Positions 26,932 through 37,133 of a stretch of DNA of 64,000 nt are shown here, in pieces. Location: NCBI GenBank assembly GCA_019721075.1, contig JAHEAD010000001.1:1-64000 (forward strand), given 5' to 3'. A model generated the notes under the pieces. The model saw only the letters and a list, made by a program, of their open reading frames with translations. It searched no databases and was not told the origin of the DNA. Both the position numbers and the translations under genes were made by a program. The number at the start of each line of letters is the position of its first letter. Positions within the stretch are counted from its first letter, which is position 1. Source of the stretch: Candidatus Sysuiplasma jiujiangense. Lineage in GTDB: Archaea; Thermoplasmatota; Thermoplasmata; Sysuiplasmatales; Sysuiplasmataceae.

Positions 26932-29451
26932 CTATGTCTTTCCGGTTGTCTGCATTTCTTTTCTCATCCTTTTCCAATTCCTGAAGGAAACATATTCAGA
27001 ATAAACTGCGAGTCCCATAAAGAGCGTCAAAAGTGTATAGGTCACAAGAAGGATTTCCCCATAACCGGTTCGATCCGAAAAGTGACTTTCCAGGCCGTAA
27101 CCGGTCCCGGCCAGATAAACAGGGAACTGAGTGAAGAGCGACGTTTTGCTTATTGTCACCTGGCTCACAGCCGACTGCTGGGAGAAAAAGAGGCCGCCAG
27201 AATAGTACGAATATGTGATCCGCGGCACAACATATACACCCGGATTTGAAACATTCAGATTGAATGTAGCGTGGAAGGTCTGCCAGGCCTGGAGCAGACT
27301 AGTGTTCGCAAACGCACTACCCGCAGTTGCTAATGCAAGGCCGCTTGATTTTTCAATTCCGGGGAAAAATACGGATACGTCATTCAGCGTTGTATTGCCC
27401 AAATTTTTGACAGCCGCCTTTACCGTGATAACACCCTGACCGACCGCATCAGAGGTCAGAAGAGTGACTTCCGGAGAAAGAGGGGATGAGAATGTGATAT
27501 AGGAGGATGGATTGACCATGCTCCCTCTTGTTTCATTTATGAATACCCATCCGGATCCATTGGATACTGTGCCGTTTGGAGGATTACTTGTTGAGTAAAT
27601 GGTTGCATTGTATTCGCTGGAAATGGAGGTAAGCGAGAATGCGCTGCTGATTCTGGGGGTGAAAAGACCGATAATGGATGATGTAGCTGTAGGACTGAAA
27701 GAAATTGTCTTGTTACCTATGAGAGATGACAGTTGAAGCATGTGGATACCTGAACCGAAGGCAACCTCTGTTCTGTAGAAGAAACCGAGACAAAAGGAAA
27801 TGGCTCCCCCGGGGAAAGGAGTAAGTGCAGATATATTGGTGCTGTTCCAGAAGCTTGGCAGGATAGAGTGGCTGGAGTATCCAATTACCATGAGTGCGGA
27901 ATCCGAGCCATACAGGGTTGGCGTGAATAATGAATGCGCGGCCAGCAGGTCTGCAAAACCGCGGATAATGCCATCAGGATGGAGGGAGTAGAGATATGTG
28001 GATGCGATGTTTGCAGCGGCGTATCTGGCGGGCTGATTCCCTCCGTAAACGAAGACGTCGTTCAGTGAGGAAGTGGATGTGCTGGTAATAAAAGAGATGC
28101 CTGATAAAGACTGGTTGGGAAGAGAGGCCAGAAGCGTGAAACTCTCACCTGTTAGCTTGGAATAATAAGAGACCTGGCCTGATGCGACATTCTGAGGCGG
28201 GATGGAGCCGGGAATGACACCAATGATCAGGAGTTCCGGAGGTAGAAGCTCCAGAAAGGAGGACGCCGATGAATTCGTCAGAGAGAATGGACCGGATGGG
28301 TGTGACCCGCCGAATATCGTGCCGCTTGCATGAAGATCGATAAGATTCTGAACCAATACAAGAATGGAAAGGGACACCTGTCCATTGTCAGGAACTGAAT
28401 TCTGAGGGAATGAATAGTTTGAAACAAACGAATAAAAGGAATACATGTTCCCGTCAGGTGAGATGAGACCCAGCGCACCTTCATCATAGCCGTTCGATGC
28501 CAGGTGAGGAGTCAACCCGGTTGCGCCTGAAATATCGTGCCTGCTTCCGGGCACCAGGTTTGAGAGGTTGGACGAGGTGCCGGTTAAATTATACAGTAAT
28601 CCGAGAACTCCGTTTTCAAGTTTGCGGGTACCGGAATTGCTTATGTGGGCTATCATCTCCTTTTGATTCGCATTGCTCACGGAAACCGGCGGTATGCTGG
28701 GTATCGCACCCCACATGACGAGCATCATTGCAATGGATATCACAACTATCAATTGGACCTGCGCCATCGGCCTATAGTTCCCGCCCCTCCCCCTGCTCTC
28801 GGTTCCCGATAAGAACTTTCGAACATAATGTGCTACAAGAGAAGCGGTTACGACATTTATGATGAACAGGAGAACTGCAGAAATAATCAGTGGTCCGGCA
28901 AATCTGGCGAACAGTGCTAGAAGCGAGGATGAAGGTGAGGAACCCGAGAAGGCTGGTCCACTCAATAGTAAATTCAGCGCAGAGAGGTATATCTGATAAA
29001 TAACAGGTTCTGTCAGAAGTGTGAGAATATTGGTACCATATGGAGGAACTGGTATCGACGACAGGGATGAAAACGCACCAATTCCTGCGGTCGTACTTCC
29101 GTAAAGAAAACCGCTTCCGGGGATGAAGACGGAGAGCACATATCCTGCAATTCCAATCAGCAATATTACGACACATGCCAGATGGACAAATATGGAAGAG
29201 ACAATGGAACCAAGTACCCTTCTCGCCGAAAGACCGATTATCACGCCAACAACTATCCAGGCTGCGATCAGGACAGGATAGTCCAGTGGATTGCCGAGAA
29301 GCATGAAAAATAGGCCGAGAATGAGAGTCATATTGCCCCCCAGATAAGGAGAGAGCCAGTTTATGAGAGGTGAATAAGAATCCGAAAGAACATAATAGCC
29401 GATCAGCACTGCCGAAGTTGTTCCAAAAACGAAGCCGGAGAATTTTCCCAG
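26932..29451 (-). CDS. Large membrane/surface protein: N-terminal TM bundle, Ser-rich extracellular region, Ig/CARDB-like domain and C-terminal anchor
   Basis: ORF track gives 825 aa from GTG 29409. An in-frame CTG at 29451 follows GGAGG. VKNLGNTTLNDV is a CARDB-like motif. Confidence 0.75.
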   Translation of the reverse strand: MGKFSGFVFGTTSAVLIGYYVLSDSYSPLINWLSPYLGGNMTLILGLFFMLLGNPLDYPVLIAAWIVVGVIIGLSARRVLGSIVSSIFVHLACVVILLIGIAGYVLSVFIPGSGFLYGSTTAGIGAFSSLSSIPVPPYGTNILTLLTEPVIYQIYLSALNLLLSGPAFSGSSPSSSLLALFARFAGPLIISAVLLFIINVVTASLVAHYVRKFLSGTESRGRGGNYRPMAQVQLIVVISIAMMLVMWGAIPSIPPVSVSNANQKEMIAHISNSGTRKLENGVLGLLYNLTGTSSNLSNLVPGSRHDISGATGLTPHLASNGYDEGALGLISPDGNMYSFYSFVSNYSFPQNSVPDNGQVSLSILVLVQNLIDLHASGTIFGGSHPSGPFSLTNSSASSFLELLPPELLIIGVIPGSIPPQNVASGQVSYYSKLTGESFTLLASLPNQSLSGISFITSTSTSSLNDVFVYGGNQPARYAAANIASTYLYSLHPDGIIRGFADLLAAHSLFTPTLYGSDSALMVIGYSSHSILPSFWNSTNISALTPFPGGAISFCLGFFYRTEVAFGSGIHMLQLSSLIGNKTISFSPTATSSIIGLFTPRISSAFSLTSISSEYNATIYSTSNPPNGTVSNGSGWVFINETRGSMVNPSSYITFSSPLSPEVTLLTSDAVGQGVITVKAAVKNLGNTTLNDVSVFFPGIEKSSGLALATAGSAFANTSLLQAWQTFHATFNLNVSNPGVYVVPRITYSYYSGGLFFSQQSAVSQVTISKTSLFTQFPVYLAGTGYGLESHFSDRTGYGEILLVTYTLLTLFMGLAVYSEYVSFRNWKRMRKEMQTTGKT

Positions 29452-29512
29452 TTTCCTCCCCGCTTTTCTGATTTTTTAATCTTATTTATAATTATTTCAG
29501 GTTCTTTGGTCA

Positions 29513-30524
29513 TGTAGAGTACGGGAATCATTTCCGCCATAAGCCCTTCCATTTCTCTGTTCAGCACTCACCGGCATTCAGCCACTTCCATGAACATGCC
29601 GAGAATTGATTCCGGCTGCAGCTTCCTGACGATTGCATCCGACGGCCTCTCGGCGATGGCCGTCCACAGTGCGCCGTGAATCCTGTTGTTATACCACACA
29701 ATGAATTCATGCATTGACAGGAAGCGCCGTCTGTGCCTGTCGTATTCATGCCAGAATCGTTCTACCTTTCCGTCTGTCTGCTGATTGTTCCGCCTTGACG
29801 GTATGTGCCTTATGCCTCTGTCCGGCAGGAACTGCTGGAACACCGATACACTGTCTGGATGGTTGCTGTAGAACTGCGAGCCCCTGTCTATGTTCACTTC
29901 CTTTATCGCCGAGTTGTAGCAGGAAGCAGCGGGCATCGCCTCACGGAGCGTCTCTATCGAATGTTCGGTTGTAGCCTCCGTGAATTCACCTGCTGAAAGG
30001 ATTATCCCGGATGTATCGTCCATCCATACTATTGCATATGGATGGTTTTCGCCTGTCCTGTGCCAGTCGCCATGCACGAGTGAGAGCGAGTGCTCACGTT
30101 CATAACGGCAGCGTGAGCGCTTCCTCTGCTTCCCCGGATTGGGCACCGTCCTGCCGTGTCGATAAGGTATTCGTTGAGCTTATGATGCGGTATGCGGTAT
30201 CCGCGCCTCCTCAGCTCCCTGAACAGGAGGCGTGCGCCCAGCCGTATTTCGTTCCAGACAGTGTCTGTTGCATTCCTCTCCTCTGCTGTGTGGGGTGCCG
30301 ATGCCTTCCTGCCAGGCTGTTTCAGCACAGGACAGATGCCTGTACTCCTGTACTGTGCAACCGGCTGCCTCACCCTCCTTGTGGTAACGCCATACTGTAT
30401 GGTGTCAGGTGAGACAGACCAGTCTTTCCTGTGAACGATATGATTGCAGATGAAACGGATTTGTGTTTCATTGAGTTTGACCGAGAATCGTCATTGGAGT
30501 GGCGAATAATTGGTGTGATCGACG
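29513..30524 (-). mobile_element. Degenerate IS481-like insertion sequence (~1.0 kb) with a frameshifted DDE transposase
   Basis: Integrase core HGDW...MDD...DRGSQF...QTDGKVERF in 29568-30146. The N-terminal HTH part is in another frame (30029-30373). Imperfect ends TGTAGAGTAC..AATCATTTCCGCC / GGCGAATAATT..GTGATCGACG. Confidence 0.78.
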
Positions 30525-30576
30525 CCGCCACAGTCATTAGCAAAGGATTTATTTACTGACCACCTTTTGAATATAT

Positions 30577-32271
30577 ATGGCGTCGATTCTTTCTGAGGCA
30601 AAGGCTCAGTCAGAAAAGATTGAAATCACTGCTTCTCTGGATCAATGGAAAAGAGAACTGTACGACAGAGCCGTTCAGGAAAAGAATGAGAGAAGGAAGA
30701 GGTTTTACAACCTTTCATGGATTGAAATTGACCCGCTTTATACACCTGATCCTGATTTTAACTATGATGAAAAGCTGGGAGATCCGGGAAAGTATCCTTA
30801 CACAAGGGGGATACACGGAAACATGTACCTTGGCAAACTCTGGACGATGAGGCAGTTTGCGGGTTTTGGCAGCGCTTTTGAAACAAACAGGAGATTCAAA
30901 TACCTGCTGTCCCACGGCGAAACAGGCTTGAGTGTTGCTTTCGACTATCCGACACTGTACGGGTATGACACAGATGATGTTCATGCGGAGGGTGAATACG
31001 GAAAGTGCGGCGTCGCGGTTTCGTCACTCGAGAACATGAAGATGCTGTTCCGGGGCATACCGCTTGACAGGGTAAGCACCTCTATGACAATCAACGGTCC
31101 GGCTTCAATAATCTGGGCAATGTACATTGCTGCCGCAGAGGCACAGGGCGTGCCGAAGAAGAAGCTTCGCGGGACGATACAGAATGACGTACTCAAGGAA
31201 TACATTGCGCAGAAGAGTTTCATATTCCCGCCTGAGCCGTCAATGAGATTGGTTGTCGACACATTCGAATATGGCATGAAGGAAGTTCCTCTCTGGAATA
31301 CGATAAGCATAAGCGGCTACCACATAAGGGAGGCAGGTTCAACAGCAGTCCAGGAGCTGGCATTTACACTTGCAGACGGTTTCGAATATGTCAGGAGAGG
31401 CATAGACAGGGGGTTGGATCCAGATCTGTTTGTCCCTCGCCTGTCATTTTTCTTTAACGCGCACAACGATTTCTTCGAAGAAATAGCAAAATACAGAGCA
31501 GCCCGGCGCATATGGGCCAGAGAGATGAAGGAACGATTCGGCATATTGAATGAAAAAGCGCAGAAATTGCGTTTCCACACACAGACTGCAGGTTGCTCGC
31601 TCACCGCCGAACAGCCACAGAACAATGTGGTGCGAGTTGCAATCCAGGCAATGGCTGCAGTCTTCGGGGGAACACAATCGCTGCATACCAATTCGCTCGA
31701 TGAGGCTCTTGCCCTGCCGACAGAGAAGGCTGTAAGGATCGCACTCAGAACACAGCAGATAATAGCCTATGAAAGCGGCATTCCGAATGTTGTTGACCCG
31801 CTGGGGGGAGCGTACTATGTTGAATGGCTAACAGACAGACTCGAGGAGGAAGCATACCATATTTTTGATGAAATTGACAGTTATGGCGGTGTCGTCCCGG
31901 CCATCGAGATGGGCTATTTCCAGAAGGCTATAACAGAGTCATCATACAGATACCAGAAGGAAATTGAGAGAAAGGAGAGAATCGTGGTCGGAGTCAATGA
32001 ATACGTCATCGACGAACCTCTGACCGTCCCCACACTCAAGCTGGATCCTGCCGGAGAGGAAAAACAGATTGCAGGATTGAGAAAACTCAGGAAAAACAGA
32101 AACCAGCAGAAATACAGGGACGCGATGGATTACCTGAGAAAGATTGCGGAAGGGGATGGAAACACAATGCCGGCAATAATCGGAGCTGTAAAGGCAAAAG
32201 CAACGCTTGGGGAAATAGCCGGCCTTCTGAGAGAGGTATTCGGCGAATACAGGGAACAGCACATAATTTGA
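30577..32271 (+). CDS. B12-dependent acyl-CoA mutase large subunit (MCM family, isobutyryl-CoA mutase-type residues)
   Basis: [36 protein letters not shown] and [10 protein letters not shown]. Confidence 0.93.
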   Translation: MASILSEAKAQSEKIEITASLDQWKRELYDRAVQEKNERRKRFYNLSWIEIDPLYTPDPDFNYDEKLGDPGKYPYTRGIHGNMYLGKLWTMRQFAGFGSAFETNRRFKYLLSHGETGLSVAFDYPTLYGYDTDDVHAEGEYGKCGVAVSSLENMKMLFRGIPLDRVSTSMTINGPASIIWAMYIAAAEAQGVPKKKLRGTIQNDVLKEYIAQKSFIFPPEPSMRLVVDTFEYGMKEVPLWNTISISGYHIREAGSTAVQELAFTLADGFEYVRRGIDRGLDPDLFVPRLSFFFNAHNDFFEEIAKYRAARRIWAREMKERFGILNEKAQKLRFHTQTAGCSLTAEQPQNNVVRVAIQAMAAVFGGTQSLHTNSLDEALALPTEKAVRIALRTQQIIAYESGIPNVVDPLGGAYYVEWLTDRLEEEAYHIFDEIDSYGGVVPAIEMGYFQKAITESSYRYQKEIERKERIVVGVNEYVIDEPLTVPTLKLDPAGEEKQIAGLRKLRKNRNQQKYRDAMDYLRKIAEGDGNTMPAIIGAVKAKATLGEIAGLLREVFGEYREQHII

Positions 32272-32281
32272 GGGTTATGGA

Positions 32282-32680
32282 ATGCCGAGGAAAATACGCG
32301 TGCTTATTGCCAAACCTGGCCTGGACGGCCATGACCGCGGGGCAAAGGTAGTTGCAAGGGCACTCAGGGATGCCGGAATGGAGGTGATATATACGGGCCT
32401 TCATCAGACGCCCGAGCAGATAGTTCAGACCGCGTTGCAGGAGGATGTGGACGCCATTGGGCTGAGCTGCCTGTCAGGTGCGCACGACGTACTTTTTCCA
32501 AGGGTGATGGAACTTGTGAAGGAAAACGGAATGGACGTTATTGTCACTGCAGGCGGTATCATACCTGAGGAGGATATTCCGATGCTGAAAAAATACGGTA
32601 TTGCGGCGGTGTTCGGACCAGGAACGCCAATTGAGGAAATCGTAAAGTTCCACAAAGAGCACCTAAAGAAGAGAAAGTGA
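32282..32680 (+). CDS. Cobalamin-binding small subunit of the mutase
   Basis: [10 protein letters not shown] (DxHxxG), GLSCLSGAH and GGIIP. Confidence 0.95.
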   Translation: MPRKIRVLIAKPGLDGHDRGAKVVARALRDAGMEVIYTGLHQTPEQIVQTALQEDVDAIGLSCLSGAHDVLFPRVMELVKENGMDVIVTAGGIIPEEDIPMLKKYGIAAVFGPGTPIEEIVKFHKEHLKKRK

Positions 32681-32696
32681 AATGGAGTGAATTCTT

Positions 32697-33689
32697 TTGG
32701 ACTATTCCACACTCATAACAGGAGTGATCAACGGGGACAGAAAAGCTGCCGCAAGGCTGATCTCACTTGTAGAAGATGAGGAGAACGGTTACAGGGAAGC
32801 GCTTGAAAGGCTGTATGGGAATACCAGGGGTGTTCCTGTGCTTGGTATAACCGGCGCACCGGGCGTCGGGAAAAGCACGATAGCGCTGGAAATAACGAAG
32901 ATGCTCAGGGCTCAAGGCAGGAAGATAGGCATCGTTGCTGTCGATCCCACAAGTCCCGTTACCGGAGGAGCGATCCTGGGCGACAGGATCAGAATGACTG
33001 AACTGTTTGCGGATCCAGGTGTTTTCATAAGAAGCATGGGAAGCCGGGGAGGAAGCGGAGGGCTTTCGTCCCAGACGGGAAGCGTCGTTAGGATACTCGA
33101 CGCGATGGGGTGTGATGAAATAATTGTGGAAACAGTTGGAGCGGGACAGACGCAGGTCGACATAATGGGAATGGCGGACACGATAGTGGTTGTTACAATG
33201 CCAGGCTCAGGAGATGAGGTACAGTCTATAAAGGCCGGACTGCTGGAAATTGCCGACATATATGTGGTGAACAAGATTGACCTCGCAGGCGGAATGAGAA
33301 CAGTGAGCGATATTCAGTCCATGCTTGATCTGGTGGACGAATGGCATGGCTGGAAACCACCTGTCATACAGGCAAATGCCAGGGAGGGAAGGGGAATGGA
33401 TGAACTGGTCAGGAAGATAGAGGAACACAACAGATTTGCACTCGAGTCCGAGCATCTCTCGAGGAGGAAAAAGGAACAGTACCTCAGGGAAATACAGGAG
33501 CTTGTCACCAGAGAACTTTCGAGAAGAATATTTGAATCGATGGACGGCAGAGAAATTGAAGACATGCTGAAAATGATTTCAGAAAGAAAGGAAAATCTCT
33601 ATTCAGAGGCGGACAGTATAATAAAGGCATTCACTGCCGGAAAACTTGCAAAAAAGCATCATGACAGGAAACAGCGGCAGTCGGGCTGA
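32697..33689 (+). CDS. meaB: MeaB/ArgK mutase-associated GTPase
   Basis: GAPGVGKST, VDPTSP..GGAILGDRIRM, ETVGAGQ and NKID. Confidence 0.93.
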   Translation: MDYSTLITGVINGDRKAAARLISLVEDEENGYREALERLYGNTRGVPVLGITGAPGVGKSTIALEITKMLRAQGRKIGIVAVDPTSPVTGGAILGDRIRMTELFADPGVFIRSMGSRGGSGGLSSQTGSVVRILDAMGCDEIIVETVGAGQTQVDIMGMADTIVVVTMPGSGDEVQSIKAGLLEIADIYVVNKIDLAGGMRTVSDIQSMLDLVDEWHGWKPPVIQANAREGRGMDELVRKIEEHNRFALESEHLSRRKKEQYLREIQELVTRELSRRIFESMDGREIEDMLKMISERKENLYSEADSIIKAFTAGKLAKKHHDRKQRQSG

Positions 33690-33748
33690 CCTTCCCCGGA
33701 CAGGACAATAAAATGTTATAAATGGGAAGCACATCGAACAGTGAAGCT

Positions 33749-33837
33749 GCCGGGATGACAGAGTGGCCATGTGGCAGACTGCAGAACTGAGCTGCCGTAA
33801 TCTGCAGACAGGAGTTCAAATCTCCTTCCCGGCTCCA
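33749..33837 (+). tRNA. tRNA-Cys(GCA) with a 15-nt intron at 37/38 (33785-33799); CCA encoded
   Basis: GCCGGGA/TCCCGGC acceptor stem, GCAGA-CT-GCA-G[intron]A-TCTGC anticodon arm, GTTCAAATC T-loop, U73 and an upstream ttataaa box. Confidence 0.92.
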
Positions 33838-33947
33838 CACTTACTGAGAAACCGGGAACAGCCGCTGCTTGAAATGACTGAATCAACAATAGCAGCACAA
33901 ATGAAGCACGCATGCCGGGCAGCAAAGCGGAAATCTGCCAGGCAAAC

Positions 33948-34730
33948 TCATTTTTCATCGAACTTATCGGGCGTCATTATGGATGATACTGTATTTACCC
34001 TGCCATCAGGATCTGTTATCGGCGCGATAGAAATATGGCATTTCAGCGACCTGCCATCCTTTGTTATCCGTCTCGATTGATAGTTGACAGGCTTCTTATT
34101 TGAGACCATCTCGTTTATCTTTTCCTCTGTCCAGTTCAGCAGTTCCGGAGGTACCCATGGTATCCTCATGCCCCTGATTTCATCAAGCGTCCAACCGAAT
34201 GTCTTCTCGAATGACGGGTTGGCATAAAGCACATTGTAATTTAGATCCAGGAGAACAACAGCATCATGGGTGTTATTGAGCACTGCCTCCAGTCTCTGGT
34301 TTGTAACCCTCAGCTTCTCCTTTTCCATTCTTTCAGTGACTGCAGAAGTTATAACATGGAGCATGTCGGTAAAGAGCGACTTTGGATCCTGTCCCTTCAT
34401 AAGGTAGTAGTCCGCGCCGCTGTTTATCGCTTCAATGGCCACTTCCTCCCTGCTTCTTCCGGTGAAGATGACGAACGGAATATCGTTGCCTTCCGAACGG
34501 ATATGTTTCAGCAGTTCTATGCCGTCCATCGACGGCATCTGGTAATCTGATACAACTGCGCTGTATTCCCGCTCTGACAGTTTCGATATTGCCTCTGTTG
34601 CGGATGCGGCAGTATCCACGCTCGCGTTGCCGAGCATCTCGACATAGAGTTTGAATGGTTCGTGCAGATAACTCTCATCATCGACATACAGTATTTCGAG
34701 TTTTCCGCTGTCCGCTTCGGAACCGGTCAT
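33948..34730 (-). CDS. Response regulator receiver + PAS domain protein
   Basis: ILYVDDE, VSDYQMP..DG, FTG and YLMK, followed by a PAS domain (YANPSFEKTFGW...TKDGR). Confidence 0.9.
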   Translation of the reverse strand: MTGSEADSGKLEILYVDDESYLHEPFKLYVEMLGNASVDTAASATEAISKLSEREYSAVVSDYQMPSMDGIELLKHIRSEGNDIPFVIFTGRSREEVAIEAINSGADYYLMKGQDPKSLFTDMLHVITSAVTERMEKEKLRVTNQRLEAVLNNTHDAVVLLDLNYNVLYANPSFEKTFGWTLDEIRGMRIPWVPPELLNWTEEKINEMVSNKKPVNYQSRRITKDGRSLKCHISIAPITDPDGRVNTVSSIMTPDKFDEK

Positions 34731-35024
34731 TGCAAATCATCCAGGATATTTCAGGTAATTTTCAAGATAAAAAAACATTTAAGCTTAATAAACGCTCAGC
34801 GGCGGTTTTCAGAAATGATAACATGCATATCGAAAAAATAATTGTGCCTGTTCTTCCGGATGCCAGTTTGGTGAAGCTTTGGTTTAAGCGCCGGAAAATC
34901 ACGAAACAGATAGGGGCAGATAGAGTCCGTAACAGTTTCTGACATCCACAGTCAGATCACGCCGCCGGTTTTGCCTGCTGTTAGATGAATGCATGCTCCC
35001 GTCCGCAGGGAAAATGTGGAGAGA

Positions 35025-36194
35025 TCAGTTGAGTTTCACTACTTTACTCCTCACTGTTCTCCGCCTGATCTGCTTTTCATCAATTTCGATACCACTCCCG
35101 TAACCTGAGGGTACATTCATTCGCCCTGAAGCATCCATCTCAAAGGGTTCCGTAATTATATCCCTGGAAAAATAACGCGAACTTGGGGAAGTGTCGCCAG
35201 GAAAACGGACGTTGGGCAGTGTGTTGAGCGCAACATTGAAGGATCTGCCAACTCCAGTTTCGAGCATACCACCGATCCAGACCGGAATCCCATTTTTCAT
35301 TGCCGTGTCGTGAACAGCAAGCGAAGCGCCTATTCCGCCAACGCGCCCTGCTTTTATATTGACAATTCTGCCCGATTCAAGCCTGCTCATTACGTTTACG
35401 CTCTCCGGACCCTTTATGCTCTCATCAAGGCAGATGGGTGTTTCCAATCCGGCCTGGAGAATAGAATGTTCAAAAAGATCGTCGTAATCGAGAGGCTGTT
35501 CGAGCATTGTAAGATTGAAACGGTCAAATTTCTTCAAATGATCCATTGACTTGAGCTCGTAGGCTGCATTCGCATCTACCTGAAGCGGAAGTTCCGGATA
35601 CATTCTGCGTATCGCGCGCAGAACATCCACGTCCCAACCGGGTTTGACCTTCACCTTGATCCTTCTGTAGCCCTTCTTTATGCTATCGTCTATGACATTT
35701 AACAGGTCTGAAACAGATTTCTGTATGCCGATGCTGATGCCACATTCAATCCGCTTTCTGGCACCGCCTATCATCTGGCTAAGTGGGATGCGGGCCCTTC
35801 TGGCAAACAAATCCCATATCGCCATTTCCACGCATCCCTTCGACATGCTGTGGCCGCGAATTCTTCCAGCAGCCTTTGAAAAATCGCGGGGTGATCCCAG
35901 TTCAACTCCCTTCAGCGAGGGTATGATGAATTCGGATAGCACCTTCCATGACATTGCATTGAATTCATATGAATAAAAGGGCTCTGGTTCTGAAGTGCAT
36001 TCGCCATAAGCCACATCCCCCTCTGAATGGAGTTTGACTATTATCGCTTCTTTACTGCTGCTGCGGCCAAAACTGGTTTCGAACGGACTAAGCAGCGGCA
36101 ATCTGACCAGCAGGAGTTCCACCTTTTCAATGGTCAGCGGTTCAAGTTCAATGTTTTTCTCCTTTCTCGGTGCAGAAATCTGATTTTCATCCAC
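35025..36194 (-). CDS. menC: o-succinylbenzoate synthase / N-acylamino acid racemase (enolase superfamily)
   Basis: PFETSFG, KVKVKPG, VDAN, EQPL, LDES, NIKAGRVGG and GGMLETG. Confidence 0.85.
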   Translation of the reverse strand: MDENQISAPRKEKNIELEPLTIEKVELLLVRLPLLSPFETSFGRSSSKEAIIVKLHSEGDVAYGECTSEPEPFYSYEFNAMSWKVLSEFIIPSLKGVELGSPRDFSKAAGRIRGHSMSKGCVEMAIWDLFARRARIPLSQMIGGARKRIECGISIGIQKSVSDLLNVIDDSIKKGYRRIKVKVKPGWDVDVLRAIRRMYPELPLQVDANAAYELKSMDHLKKFDRFNLTMLEQPLDYDDLFEHSILQAGLETPICLDESIKGPESVNVMSRLESGRIVNIKAGRVGGIGASLAVHDTAMKNGIPVWIGGMLETGVGRSFNVALNTLPNVRFPGDTSPSSRYFSRDIITEPFEMDASGRMNVPSGYGSGIEIDEKQIRRRTVRSKVVKLN

Positions 36195-36199
36195 TTAAA

Positions 36200-36856
36200 T
36201 CACCACTCTGATTTTATTCTTTCCAGCAGTTCAATAAACATAGACCTGGTTAATGTTCCTGTGTTTGTGTTTCTGGGACTTGGATGATACGAAACATAAA
36301 TATTCGGGCTTCCACTGACCGGGTACACTGCTCCGTGACTGAACTTCATTTGCCGGACATCGATATCAGTAGTTTCTTCCAGGAATCTAAGGTAGGAATC
36401 GAATGCAAATTTTCCAAGAACAAGTATCGCGCGTGCATTTTTCAGCAGGTTCAATTCCCTTCTGAGGAAGGGAAAACAATTTGCTGCCTCCTTCCTTGTG
36501 GGTATGTTGTTGGGCGGCACACACCTTACAGCTGCAAGCATGTATGAATTGATCATCTTCAGTCCATCTTCCGCACATTCAGAATTTGGCCGATTTGTGA
36601 AACCTGCCTGATGAAGGCAGCTTACGAGAAATTTCGCCGAAAGATCTCCCGTGAATACTCTTCCGGTCCTGTTTCCGCCGTGGGCCGCAGGCGCAAGACC
36701 GACTATTATGAGCTCTGCCGAAAAATCGCCAAAACCAGGCACAGGCCTGGACCAGTAAGTCCAGTCGGAATACCTTTTCGTCTTTTTCCGGCCAACCTCC
36801 TCCCTGAATTTGACCAGCCTGGGGCACTTCGAGCATGAGATAATATCGTGTCTCAA
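36200..36856 (-). CDS. Family 5 uracil-DNA glycosylase (UdgB)
   Basis: CSKCPRL, GLAPAAHGGNRTGRVFTGD and YHPSPRN. Confidence 0.9.
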   Translation of the reverse strand: MRHDIISCSKCPRLVKFREEVGRKKTKRYSDWTYWSRPVPGFGDFSAELIIVGLAPAAHGGNRTGRVFTGDLSAKFLVSCLHQAGFTNRPNSECAEDGLKMINSYMLAAVRCVPPNNIPTRKEAANCFPFLRRELNLLKNARAILVLGKFAFDSYLRFLEETTDIDVRQMKFSHGAVYPVSGSPNIYVSYHPSPRNTNTGTLTRSMFIELLERIKSEW

Positions 36857-37133
36857 GAGATCGAAGCTGTCTTTACCGTTTATCCTGCTCTTCGTTCAAT
36901 CACCGGTAAAGTCCGGATTGAATGCAATACTAAATTATTTATTGCATGTTAATGAAATAACCGATGCCCGCCAAATCAAAAATGTAACAAAGGCGGGATC
37001 CCGCTCTTTGCAGTTTACTGAAACCGTTGCATAAGGGACAGGACATGCAAAAATGGCACATCGAATGGTTTTAGACTAAACTAATATATGATAAACAAAT
37101 TAATTCCTGTAAACTCGAACCGGTTTGATATAA

